Shown piece after piece: positions 37,433 through 46,285 of a stretch of 64,000 nucleotides of DNA. Positions within the stretch are counted from its first letter, which is position 1; every line of letters starts with the position of its first letter. A program made the translations under genes and the position numbers. The notes beneath the pieces are model-generated. The model did no database searches, was not told where the DNA came from, and saw only the letters and a list, made by a program, of their open reading frames with translations. This stretch comes from an uncultured Fibrobacteraceae bacterium (GTDB lineage Bacteria; Krumholzibacteriota; Krumholzibacteriia; LZORAL124-64-63). Location: the NCBI GenBank assembly GCA_964559455.1, contig CAZLHO010000006.1, forward strand, positions 17,627 through 81,626, in the 5' to 3' direction.

Positions 37433-38350
37433 TTGCGGCTGCGGCGGGGTGCCTCTATCGTGAATCCAGGTGGAGGTCGCTCCACATTTCGTCCGGTCCC
37501 GATCCCACATCTTCAGCCCCAGGGTGCCGACTTGCAGCGTGACCACGACATCACCCTCGACGACGACGGCTCCGCCCCCGAAGGCGCGGCCTGGCGCTGC
37601 GCGGACGAATACGCCGGACCCATCCGCCCCTGCGACGTCCGCGGCCTGCTGCACTGCCACACCGCCTACTGCGACGGCGCCCACTCCCTGCGCGACATGG
37701 TCGAGACCGCCCGCGACCTGGGCCTGGAGTACCTGGGCTTCAGCGACAAGGCCCGCACGACCGGCCACGCCGAGGGTCTTTGCGCGGTCTCCTTCGTGCG
37801 CCAGCGCGAGGAGATCGAGGCCCTGCGCGAGGAGTTCGCCGACATCCACCTGCTGCACGGCATCGAGGTCGAGGCCGACGCCGACGGCGGGCTGCCCATG
37901 AGCGACGACGATCTGGCCCGCTTCGACTACGTCGTGGCCACCCTGACCAACAGCGGCGAGCTGGGCCCCTCGGCCCGGATGCGACGCGCCCTGAACGTGA
38001 TCGCCAACCCCTACGTGTCGATCCTGGGCCACCCCGTCGGCGAGCTGATGACCTCCGGCGGCGACCTGCCCCTGGACATGGTCGCCCTGCTGCACGCCGC
38101 CGCCGAGGCCGGCGTGGCCCTGGAGGTCGACGCCAACCCCGCCCACCCCAACCTCTGCTGGGACTATTGCTTCCTGGCCCAGGAGCTGGGCGTGCCGATG
38201 GTCATCTCGTCGGACGCGCACCGCGCCGCGCGTCTGGTCGACTACCGCCACGGGGCCGAGTTGATCCGCTCGGCCGGGATCGGCTGCCGACAGGTCCTGA
38301 ACACCCTGGACGTCCCGGCGCTGGGCGCCTTCCTGGGGCGCCGCCGCTAG
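37433..38350 (+). CDS. PHP-domain metal-dependent phosphoesterase
   Basis: LLHCHTAYCDGA and ...SSDAH motifs of the PHP (histidinol-phosphatase-like) fold. The N-terminal ~60 aa are probably not translated, so the start is uncertain. Confidence 0.55.
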   Translation: MRLRRGASIVNPGGGRSTFRPVPIPHLQPQGADLQRDHDITLDDDGSAPEGAAWRCADEYAGPIRPCDVRGLLHCHTAYCDGAHSLRDMVETARDLGLEYLGFSDKARTTGHAEGLCAVSFVRQREEIEALREEFADIHLLHGIEVEADADGGLPMSDDDLARFDYVVATLTNSGELGPSARMRRALNVIANPYVSILGHPVGELMTSGGDLPLDMVALLHAAAEAGVALEVDANPAHPNLCWDYCFLAQELGVPMVISSDAHRAARLVDYRHGAELIRSAGIGCRQVLNTLDVPALGAFLGRRR

Positions 38351-38438
38351 ATTTCCCCCTCCTCCGGTGATAGCATGGCCGCCGGCGCCGCGCCCTTTCC
38401 GCCGCGCCGCGCCCGTCTACCCGCTCGAGGAGGAAACG

Positions 38439-39020
38439 ATGAGGATCCGCATGTACCTGCTGATACCCGTCCTGCTGGCGCTGCCCTTCGCCGCGCTCGC
38501 GCAGGACGCCGCTCCCGATCAGGCCGCGATGATGGAGGCCATGATGAAGGCCGGCGCCCCCGGCCCCGAGCACCAGAAGCTGGCGGCCATGGCCGGCGAC
38601 TTCATCTGCAAGTTCACGTCGTTCCAGGGCCCCGCCGGCGAGCCGATGGTCATGGAGGGCACGGTCGAGGCCAAGGCGATCATGGGCGGCCGCTACGTGT
38701 TCGAGACCGTCGAGATGCCCGGGATGATGGGCATGCCGCCGATGCAGGGCATGGGCCTGTACGGCTACGACAATATCGCCGGCGAATACTTCATGCTCTG
38801 GTGGGACAACTACAGCACCGGCGCCATCGAGGTCCGCGGCGCGATGGACGAGGCCGGCGCGCTGACGATGACCGGCGTCATGACCGACCCGATGGGCGGC
38901 GAGGTGGGCTTCCGCATGGTCAACACCTTCGCCGAGGACGGCTACACCTCGACCTACTACGAGGCCCGCGAGGGCCAGGAAGAGACCAAGACGATGGAGA
39001 TCGTGCAGACCCGGAAGTGA
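38439..39020 (+). CDS. DUF1579-family secreted protein (Met-rich)
   Basis: Signal peptide. Family-typical ...GLYGYDN...YFMLWWDNYSTG...KTMEIVQTRK C-terminus. Contains a Met-rich MPGMMGMPPMQGMG segment. GAGGAGG RBS. Confidence 0.65.
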   Translation: MRIRMYLLIPVLLALPFAALAQDAAPDQAAMMEAMMKAGAPGPEHQKLAAMAGDFICKFTSFQGPAGEPMVMEGTVEAKAIMGGRYVFETVEMPGMMGMPPMQGMGLYGYDNIAGEYFMLWWDNYSTGAIEVRGAMDEAGALTMTGVMTDPMGGEVGFRMVNTFAEDGYTSTYYEAREGQEETKTMEIVQTRK

Positions 39021-39060
39021 TGGCCCGGAAGGGGTGCGCGCTCCTTCCGTTCGGGGACGA

Positions 39061-39094
39061 GGGGCAGCCCATCCATGGGCTGCCCCTCTCTTCG
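39061..39094 (+). terminator. intrinsic terminator after the DUF1579 gene
   Basis: GGGGCAGCCCA-tcca-TGGGCTGCCCC: perfect 11-bp stem, followed by tctcttcg. Confidence 0.5.
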
Positions 39095-39657
39095 CTCCGG
39101 CGTCGGCGGCATCCTGCCGCCGACTGCCTGCGCGGAGCCCCTCACGCAAGGAGCGCGCACCCCTTGCGGGGCATCATCATCGCTCGAAAGATCTCCGTCG
39201 TTCCGGTCTCTGCCCGGACTCCCGGCGGGTGTCGGCGCGAAGGAATGGCGTCCCTGAGCGGAAGGAGCACGACCCCTTTTCGGGCATCCTCGGCGCGCGG
39301 GCGATCTCCATCGTCGTCGTCGCTTGCGGTGCCGAGGGAGGACGGAGCGAACGGGGGGCGACAACGCGGGGGGACGGGGCGAAGGGAGGGGCTGGCGCAG
39401 TCGCGTCGGTTGCGCGGGGGCACGGGGATTGCCCCGGGCGGGGCGGCGGCAGGCGGGCGGCAGGCGCGCGCCGCGGCGGCCCAGGTCCGGCGCCCCGAAC
39501 CCCTCGACCGGAGTGGCGAAGACGGGGGCGTCCCGGCCCGGGGCTCGGCCCGGCCGGCGGGCTCGGCCCGCCCCGCCGCCGCTTCGGGCGTTGCATTGCC
39601 GGGACCCGTTGAGCATCATGTCCCGAAATGCCGGTTCGATTCCCGAGGGGGGGACCC

Positions 39658-40593
39658 GTGAACGCCCGATCGATCCCGACCGTCTGCCTGGGCCTGGCGC
39701 TGCTCCTGGCCGCGCCCGCGTGCGCGCAGGACCAGACCGCCGGCTCCGGCGCCGAGGACGATCCCTTCGTCCTGGACGTCGACGAGCTGCTGAAACAGGG
39801 CTTCGGCCTGATCGTCGCCGCCGAGGACTCCATCCCCTTCGCCGACGGCACCGCCGACACCGTGCTGATCACGGCGCCGCGGGTGACCGTGGCCGAGGTC
39901 GTGCGCCGCATCGGCGAGCGCATGGAGCGCGAGAGCCTGGCCATGGGCCGCCACGCGTACACCACGCGCACCAACGTGGTCATGCGCAAGCACGGCGAGG
40001 TGAAAGAGGGCCGCCCCGTCGAGATCAAGGTGCTGGAGCAGGCCGACCGCGTCACCGAGAGCGAGGGCGCGATCCAGATCGCGACCCTGTGGAAGCGCGA
40101 GCGCAAGCTGAGCGACGGCGAGGTCGTGGACGAGAAGGTCGACGACGAGGTCAGCGCCGACTGGCAGGCCGTCGAGGAGGCCGCCGAGCAGGGCATGAAC
40201 GTGCCCTTCTCGCTGCTGACCGGCGACGCCTACGACTACGAGATCCAGGAGCGCGCCCTGATCGGCGAGCACCTGATCTACCGCGTGGGCTTCGCGCCCA
40301 AGACCGGCTTCCGCGCCGAGCCCACGGGCACCGTCTGGATCGACTACGGCGAGTACGTGATCCGGCGCATGGAGGGCCGCGTCGACGCCCCCTTCACCAT
40401 GCCGCCCATCCTGAAGGGCATCCCCGAGTTCCGGCTGCGGCAGGAGCAGGTCGACGGCTGGTGGGTGCCGGTCGAGATCTACCTGCGCGTCGAGCTGCGC
40501 CGCCTGCTGCCCGGGATCCCCGCCGAGATCGAGCTCTTCTGGCGCAGCGAGGACCACGAATTCGAGAACTCCGGCGGGGAGGTCGCGCGATGA
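39658..40593 (+). CDS. hypothetical secreted/periplasmic protein
   Basis: GTG start 39658 after a G-rich RBS. Signal peptide VNARSIPTVCLGLALLLAAPACA. Acidic ~310-aa protein. Its stop overlaps the next start. Confidence 0.45.
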   Translation: MNARSIPTVCLGLALLLAAPACAQDQTAGSGAEDDPFVLDVDELLKQGFGLIVAAEDSIPFADGTADTVLITAPRVTVAEVVRRIGERMERESLAMGRHAYTTRTNVVMRKHGEVKEGRPVEIKVLEQADRVTESEGAIQIATLWKRERKLSDGEVVDEKVDDEVSADWQAVEEAAEQGMNVPFSLLTGDAYDYEIQERALIGEHLIYRVGFAPKTGFRAEPTGTVWIDYGEYVIRRMEGRVDAPFTMPPILKGIPEFRLRQEQVDGWWVPVEIYLRVELRRLLPGIPAEIELFWRSEDHEFENSGGEVAR

Positions 40594-41969
40594 AGCGACT
40601 CGCCCTGGCCTGCCTGCTGATGCTCCCGACCCTGGCCGCCGCCCTGCCGCCCGCGCCGGCCGACTCGCTGCTGTGGGAGAGCGAGCAGGCGGCCATCGAC
40701 TCGCTGAACAGCTACTGGCGCACCCTGGACGCCGACTGGTACGACCCCCTGACCCCCGAGCTGCTGGACTTCGGGCTGGACGCCGCGCGCCTGGACTCGC
40801 TGACGGCGGTGGGCGACGTCCTGATCGGGCGGATCCTGTCGGGCCGCTACGTGAAGACCGATTTCCACCCCTTCGGCATGATGGCCTTCAACCGCACCGA
40901 GGGGCTGCGGCCGGGCGCGTCGCTGGAGTTCGTGCGCCCCGGCCCGGCGCCGGCGCGGCTCGAGATCGGGGCCGGCTACGGCATCGCCAGCGAACGTGTG
41001 GTGCACGAGCACGGGCTGGATCTGCCGCTGGCCGTGGCCCGCCCGCGCGACGACCGGGGCGCGCTGAAGCGCCGCCCCTGGCCCTGGCTGTCGCTGCGCG
41101 CCGAGGGGGGGCGCGCGACGAGGGCCTTCGGCGGCGAGCTGGGCCGCACCTGGGACATGTGGGCCTTCCTCTACGGCGAGGAGCCCAGCCAGTTCTACGA
41201 GGACGAGTTCTGGCGCGCCGGCCTGCGGCTGCGGCCCCGGCCGGAGCTGGCCCTGGAGCTGGGCGGCGGGCATCACGACGAGCGCCCGCGGCCGGTGGCC
41301 ACCCGCTGGACCCTGTTCGGCGAGGCGAGCGACGTGGACCCCAACCTGCAGGTGCCGGCGCTGACCGCCCGCGAGCTCTACGCCGGGCTGCGCTGGCGCC
41401 GCGGCCGCGTGGAGGCCGGGGCGCGGATGACCTGGCTGCGCGCCGCGGGCGACCAGGTGAACGCCCCCTGGGGGGCGACGGACGCGTTGTGGCACCGCCG
41501 GCTGCGGCTGGACGGCGCGGCGACCCTGATCGACCGCTGGGGCACCGAATACGCCCTGAAGGGGGTGTGGCGCACCGCCGACCGCCGCGCGCCCCCGCAG
41601 TGGCAGCTGTTCCTGGGCGACTACGGCACCCTGAGGGGCTTCGAGGCCCGCGAGCTGGCCGGCGACGAGGGCGGCCTGGCCACCCTGGACGTGCGCCTGG
41701 GCGCCGACCCCTTCCGCGCCCTGCGCGTGCCCCTGCTGAAGAGCTTCCGCCTGCAGCCCATCCTCTTCGCCGAATACGGCCGCGCCCTGCGCGCCGAGGG
41801 CCCCGGAGAGCCCTACGGGGCCACCGGCTGGCGGGCCGACGTGGGCTTCGGCTTCGGCAAGGCCATCGGCCTGCCCGGCGTGGGCGGCAACCTGCGCATG
41901 TACGTGGCCCGCCCGGTGGGCCCGGGCATGGGCGACTACAGCTGGCGGGTGACGGTGGGGGTGGAGTAG
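40590..41969 (+). CDS. hypothetical outer-membrane beta-barrel-like protein
   Basis: Signal peptide MKRLALACLLMLPTLAAA. Alternating aromatic/basic strand pattern (W/Y/R-rich). ATGA coupling with the upstream gene. Confidence 0.45.
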   Translation: MKRLALACLLMLPTLAAALPPAPADSLLWESEQAAIDSLNSYWRTLDADWYDPLTPELLDFGLDAARLDSLTAVGDVLIGRILSGRYVKTDFHPFGMMAFNRTEGLRPGASLEFVRPGPAPARLEIGAGYGIASERVVHEHGLDLPLAVARPRDDRGALKRRPWPWLSLRAEGGRATRAFGGELGRTWDMWAFLYGEEPSQFYEDEFWRAGLRLRPRPELALELGGGHHDERPRPVATRWTLFGEASDVDPNLQVPALTARELYAGLRWRRGRVEAGARMTWLRAAGDQVNAPWGATDALWHRRLRLDGAATLIDRWGTEYALKGVWRTADRRAPPQWQLFLGDYGTLRGFEARELAGDEGGLATLDVRLGADPFRALRVPLLKSFRLQPILFAEYGRALRAEGPGEPYGATGWRADVGFGFGKAIGLPGVGGNLRMYVARPVGPGMGDYSWRVTVGVE

Positions 41970-42297
41970 GGAAATCTTGAACTTGACGTATCGAAATTAT
42001 CGTGGAGAATCATAGCCGCGGGCCCGATGGTCTGCGGCTGTTTCCTATCTCCCGGACAGCGTCGATTCACAGAATTTATCTAGTCGGCTCAACACCATGT
42101 ACTAACGCATCTCCCAAGATTCAACGGACGTCAACTAGCGACTACAAATCAAGTTTCCCGGTCGAGATGGGGGGTCTGTGGCCAGCATTTCGCCGCCTAG
42201 CAATCCCTGCCTGAAAGCAAACGCAGGGGCTGGAAGTCGTTAAGTCTGAACGAGTAGTATTTCAATCCATGTAAGCCGCGCAGAAAGGTACTCGCCC

Positions 42298-44850
42298 ATG
42301 CACAACATTGATGCCGCGATTACAAACGATCTGATAACCCACCCAAAATCAGGGACCAGCGGCATGATGGAATGGCTGAGAAAGAAGATGTTCAATGAAG
42401 AATATGAAGAGGTCTTCGAAAAGCTTGAATCGATTCTGGGGACTAACCAAAATGAGCCTGAAGGTGCGGAGTCGTCCGGGCTGAAGATTGCGGATATGGT
42501 AATTTTGGCCGCGGAGGCACGGTATCTATCTGGAGGATTTCAGGCATGCTTGGAGATGATCGATAAATATACGGAATCTGGGCTGCTGGAAGCAGAAGAC
42601 GGTGCTGCAAATTTAATTCGGGGATGGGTCTTGACTCAATATGGCAGGCACAACGAGGCCATGGACATAGCAAAAGGAGGCCTGAAAAGAACGACACTTA
42701 CTTCCAAGCCCTTGCTTCATGGGCAGTATTTGCACCTGAGGGGGATGTGCCGACATAAATTGGGGGACAATGAGAATGCTTTGGATGATCTAAGGGATTC
42801 CCAGGCCTTGTTTCGGCAGACAGGGGATCGTTTTCGAGAAATGAACGCGCTGAACGCACTCGCGATTGTCGAATCACGAGCTTTCTCTCTTGAGGGAGCG
42901 TGCCGGCACCTTGAGCGCTCACTGAGAATTCTGCCGAATGGTATCGGAAACGGAAGAAAGATTCAGGCCCTGCTGAACCATGCCGTCATGTTGTTCAAGA
43001 GGGGGTTGATCAGACAGGCGGAAATCCAAATTACGGCCGCATTGGCAATTCGATCAGGCCACCGTCCCGAATTGCAACATGCTAGACTGAATATTCTGAA
43101 AGCAAGGATTGCCGTTCAAAACGGAGAGTTCACTGAAGCCATGGAATTACTCGAGAAGGTTCTCGAGTTCTCGATTCGAAACAAATTCGCAAGAGAGGAG
43201 GCCATGGTTCTGGAAACCATGGCCGATTTGTTTCTGGCCAAGAATGAAGTGCTGCAAGCGGAGAGATTGATATCGAGGACACAAGAAGTGGCCGCGTCCC
43301 ATGATATGGAGGTGGATTTTGCGTCAGGGGCTCATCGCCGACGCGGGCAAATCCACCTGGCAGCAGAAGATTATGGGGAGGCGCTGAAAGAATTCCGTGT
43401 TTCGCTTGAAAGGGCGTTACTCGACAACGATACCCTAGAGGAGGGGCTGGCAAGACGATATCTATCGACTTGTTATCGATGCATGAGCATGTACGGGAAG
43501 GCCTATGCGGAATGTCGCAGATCGGTTGATATATTTCAGAAGCACTGCGTCGAAATCGAACTAGGGCGGAGCTACCTCGAGGCCGCACGTATCCGGATTT
43601 GCTGGCATTCATATCAGGAACAGTTGGCAGAAGATGATGACCTAGGCTCAATCATCCAGACTGGATCACCCACGGCCCCGCGCGAGGAGTACCGGGACCA
43701 TATCGAGGCGGCATGGAGCTATTCAGTCGAAGCGAGGCATCTCTTCGATCTTCTCGGCAACGCCCCGGGAGCGACAGACTGTGAACAGGAAATGGATATG
43801 ATGCGAGCCATCAAAATGCCATCACTTTGTTGCTTGCCATTCAAAATTACTACTGTTGGTCGGACGTCGCATGAGGAGTTTCCAAGTAGGCCGGTTGGTG
43901 GCGGGGAGATGATTGCGGCCTCCCCGGCAATGAAAAATCTTCTTGCCCTTGTCGATGTGGCAGCGACGACTTGTGAGCCAGTATTGATCACCGGTGAGAC
44001 CGGGACGGGGAAGGAGTTGATTGCACGCAGGATCCACGGATTGAGCTCAAGAGCAAAATTTCACATCGTTCCTGTAAATTGCGCCGCGATTCCCGATACG
44101 CTATTCGAGCGCGAATTTTTTGGGCACTGCCGAGGGGCCTACACAGGGGCAGATTCGGAGGCCCCGGGTCTTTGTGAGCAGGCTGACCGAGGCACCTTGT
44201 TCCTCGACGAAATCGGAGACTTGCCGCTGGTTCTCCAGGCAAAATTGCTCAGGATCCTACAAGAAGGGACATACAGGAAGTTAGGGGATCCAAAGGAGTT
44301 GCATGCAGACCTTCGCTTGGTTGCGGCCACGAACGCCTCGCTGGAAGAATTGATGATTTCTGGGAAATTTCGGCGAGATCTCTATTACCGACTGCAGACA
44401 ATGGAAATTCATGTGCCACCTCTTCGCGAGCGCAAAGAGGATATCGACCCGCTGATAAGCCTGTTCATTAAAAAAGTGTATTCCCGCAATGTCGTGATCC
44501 ATGATGTAATATCCAGTGAAGTTCTGCAGGCCCTTCACCATTATCCGTGGCCGGGTAATATCAGGGAACTCGAGGCCATCGTCCGGCGCTTGGCTCATTT
44601 GGCTCGGCACAAGGGCCAGGCGACCTTGGCCATGCTCCCCGACCACATCGCTCACTGGTACGACCGCCCCTCGGCCGTCGCAGGCTCCCTGGACCTCGCC
44701 GCCCATCTCTCCCGGGCCGAGAACGCCCGCATCCGCCACGCCCTGCTCCTCTCGGGCGACAACCGCAGCCAGGCCGCCCGGGCCCTGGGCATCTCCCGCA
44801 ACACCCTCTACAAGAAGATGGAGAAGCTGGGCATCCCGGGGGCGGCCTGA
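42298..44850 (+). CDS. sigma-54-dependent transcriptional activator with a ~500-aa N-terminal TPR-like sensory domain instead of a receiver domain
   Basis: AAA+ sigma-54 interaction domain (GETGTGKE Walker A; GAYTGA in place of GAFTGA; DEIGDLP Walker B; RELE arginine finger). C-terminal Fis-type HTH (RSQAARALGISRNTLYKK). The N-terminus carries repeated helical TPR-like units. The gene body is ~50% GC against ~70% in the flanks. Confidence 0.85.
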   Translation: MHNIDAAITNDLITHPKSGTSGMMEWLRKKMFNEEYEEVFEKLESILGTNQNEPEGAESSGLKIADMVILAAEARYLSGGFQACLEMIDKYTESGLLEAEDGAANLIRGWVLTQYGRHNEAMDIAKGGLKRTTLTSKPLLHGQYLHLRGMCRHKLGDNENALDDLRDSQALFRQTGDRFREMNALNALAIVESRAFSLEGACRHLERSLRILPNGIGNGRKIQALLNHAVMLFKRGLIRQAEIQITAALAIRSGHRPELQHARLNILKARIAVQNGEFTEAMELLEKVLEFSIRNKFAREEAMVLETMADLFLAKNEVLQAERLISRTQEVAASHDMEVDFASGAHRRRGQIHLAAEDYGEALKEFRVSLERALLDNDTLEEGLARRYLSTCYRCMSMYGKAYAECRRSVDIFQKHCVEIELGRSYLEAARIRICWHSYQEQLAEDDDLGSIIQTGSPTAPREEYRDHIEAAWSYSVEARHLFDLLGNAPGATDCEQEMDMMRAIKMPSLCCLPFKITTVGRTSHEEFPSRPVGGGEMIAASPAMKNLLALVDVAATTCEPVLITGETGTGKELIARRIHGLSSRAKFHIVPVNCAAIPDTLFEREFFGHCRGAYTGADSEAPGLCEQADRGTLFLDEIGDLPLVLQAKLLRILQEGTYRKLGDPKELHADLRLVAATNASLEELMISGKFRRDLYYRLQTMEIHVPPLRERKEDIDPLISLFIKKVYSRNVVIHDVISSEVLQALHHYPWPGNIRELEAIVRRLAHLARHKGQATLAMLPDHIAHWYDRPSAVAGSLDLAAHLSRAENARIRHALLLSGDNRSQAARALGISRNTLYKKMEKLGIPGAA

Positions 44851-44943
44851 GCCCGTTCCGGGCGTCTTCGGGGGCGGCGTTGTTGACAATGATTCTCTTG
44901 ACCATGCAGTCTCAAAGATCCCTTGACACGCCCTTTGGGCCTG

Positions 44944-44958
44944 TGGCACTCTGCTAGC
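44944..44958 (+). promoter_or_regulatory. candidate sigma-54 (-24/-12) promoter element
   Basis: TGGCAC-tctgc-TAGC has the GG and GC dinucleotides at the canonical spacing (consensus TGGCACG-N4-TTGC). It lies 94 nt downstream of the activator gene and ~115 nt upstream of a small ORF. Confidence 0.3.
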
Positions 44959-45071
44959 GTGCCGGACTCTACCGGCGCGAGGGTACCCCACGACCCTGCA
45001 CCTGCCCGAACCCGCATCCCGGTGCCCGTCTGTACGGTTAGCCCGAGTGACCATCCTCTGGGGGAGGAGTG

Positions 45072-45200
45072 ATGGGCAGGGCTTGCGTTCACCCATGGCG
45101 GCTGGTTGTAGTCTTCGTCCTGACTCTGCGGTTCTTCTTCGGCGTGCTTACGCTGCCACGCGTGGTCCCTGTGGCCTCGTCCCCGAAGCCGGCGCTCTAG
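45072..45200 (+). CDS. putative 42-aa single-TM small protein
   Basis: GGGGGAGGAG RBS. MGRACVHPWRLVVVFVLTLRFFFGVLTLPRVVPVASSPKPAL. Too short to appear in the ORF track. Confidence 0.25.
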   Translation: MGRACVHPWRLVVVFVLTLRFFFGVLTLPRVVPVASSPKPAL

Positions 45201-45311
45201 AGGGTTGAGCGTCGGCGCCCCGGTCGCTTCCGGAGGGCGACTCGCAGTCCGGCGGTTCCCACCGCCGGGGAAACCTCCGGGCCAAGGCCCGCGGCCCTGC
45301 CGGCACGATCG

Positions 45312-45338
45312 GCGGCCGCGGGCCGCTATTTTTTGCCC
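45312..45338 (+). terminator. intrinsic terminator (GC stem plus T-tract)
   Basis: GCGGCC-gcg-GGCCGC followed by TATTTTTTG. Confidence 0.4.
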
Positions 45339-45406
45339 CGCGACGCCGCCCCCCGTACCGTGCTAGGCTCCGGCGGTCCTCTTCCGCGCAACCCGGAGGT
45401 CCATCG

Positions 45407-46174
45407 ATGTCCCGCGCCCGTCTTCTCGTCCCCCTGGCCCTGCTGGCCGCGCTGCTGGCCGCAGGCTGCGACAACGGCGGCCCCGAGAGCGGTCCGTACA
45501 TCGCCGGCGTGGTCGTCGACGCCGCCGGCAAGCCCGTCGAGGGCGCTCGCCTGAACATCATCTACGCCTTCGAGATCATTCCCGCCGTCGATCGCGGCGG
45601 GGACGATCCGCCGCCGCCGCCGGTGCCCATGACCCTGCTCGGCCTGCCCAACCCCTTCGAGATCCAGGGCCTCGTCCGCTTCACCGTGCCGTTCCCGGGC
45701 ATGGTCCGGCTGCGGGTCCTCGACCACGAGGGCCGGCCGGTGCGCACGCTCGTCCTCGGAGAGCTGGTGGCTGGCGTCCACCAGATCGCCTGGTCGACCC
45801 TGGACGACGCGGGCGTCCCCTTGGCCAACGGCCTCTACGCGCTGGACCTCGTCCTGAGCGACGGCGAGCGCGAGGTCCCCATGACCTGGCCCTGGGTCTT
45901 CATCAACAACGTGGACGGGTCCATGCTGGCCGACGCCGCGCTGGACGTGACCGACCGCATCGGCCGCTTCCGCATCCCCTCCGGGGCCCTGCCGCTGGGC
46001 CGCGAGATCCCGCTCGTCGGCTCGGAGGGCCTGGATCGCGGCGAATTCACCGTCCGCTCCACGCTGCGGCTCTACGCCTTCGCCGGCGACGGGCCGGACT
46101 ACTCCAGCGCCATGGCCGAGCTGGTCCTGCCCGCGGACGGCGGCGGACGGCTGGTGCAGCTGGTCCTGGAGTGA
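45407..46174 (+). CDS. lipoprotein with a CarboxypepD_reg-like domain and an internal FlgD-Ig/T9SS-CTD-like beta-sandwich
   Basis: Lipobox LLAAGC. YIAGVVVDAAGKPVEGARLNI (carboxypeptidase-regulatory-like). LPNPFEIQGLVRFTVP...HQIAWSTLDDAGVPLANGLYALDL resembles the Por-secretion-tail / FlgD Ig-like domain. Confidence 0.55.
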   Translation: MSRARLLVPLALLAALLAAGCDNGGPESGPYIAGVVVDAAGKPVEGARLNIIYAFEIIPAVDRGGDDPPPPPVPMTLLGLPNPFEIQGLVRFTVPFPGMVRLRVLDHEGRPVRTLVLGELVAGVHQIAWSTLDDAGVPLANGLYALDLVLSDGEREVPMTWPWVFINNVDGSMLADAALDVTDRIGRFRIPSGALPLGREIPLVGSEGLDRGEFTVRSTLRLYAFAGDGPDYSSAMAELVLPADGGGRLVQLVLE

Positions 46175-46285
46175 GCGCCGCCCGGCGTGGTGGTGTATCC
46201 TATCCTGAGGAGCCGGAGGCGGCGGGGCCCCCGTCAGCCCCCTTCGAACGCCCGGACGCCGCCGTCGGATAATCAGACGCCACCG

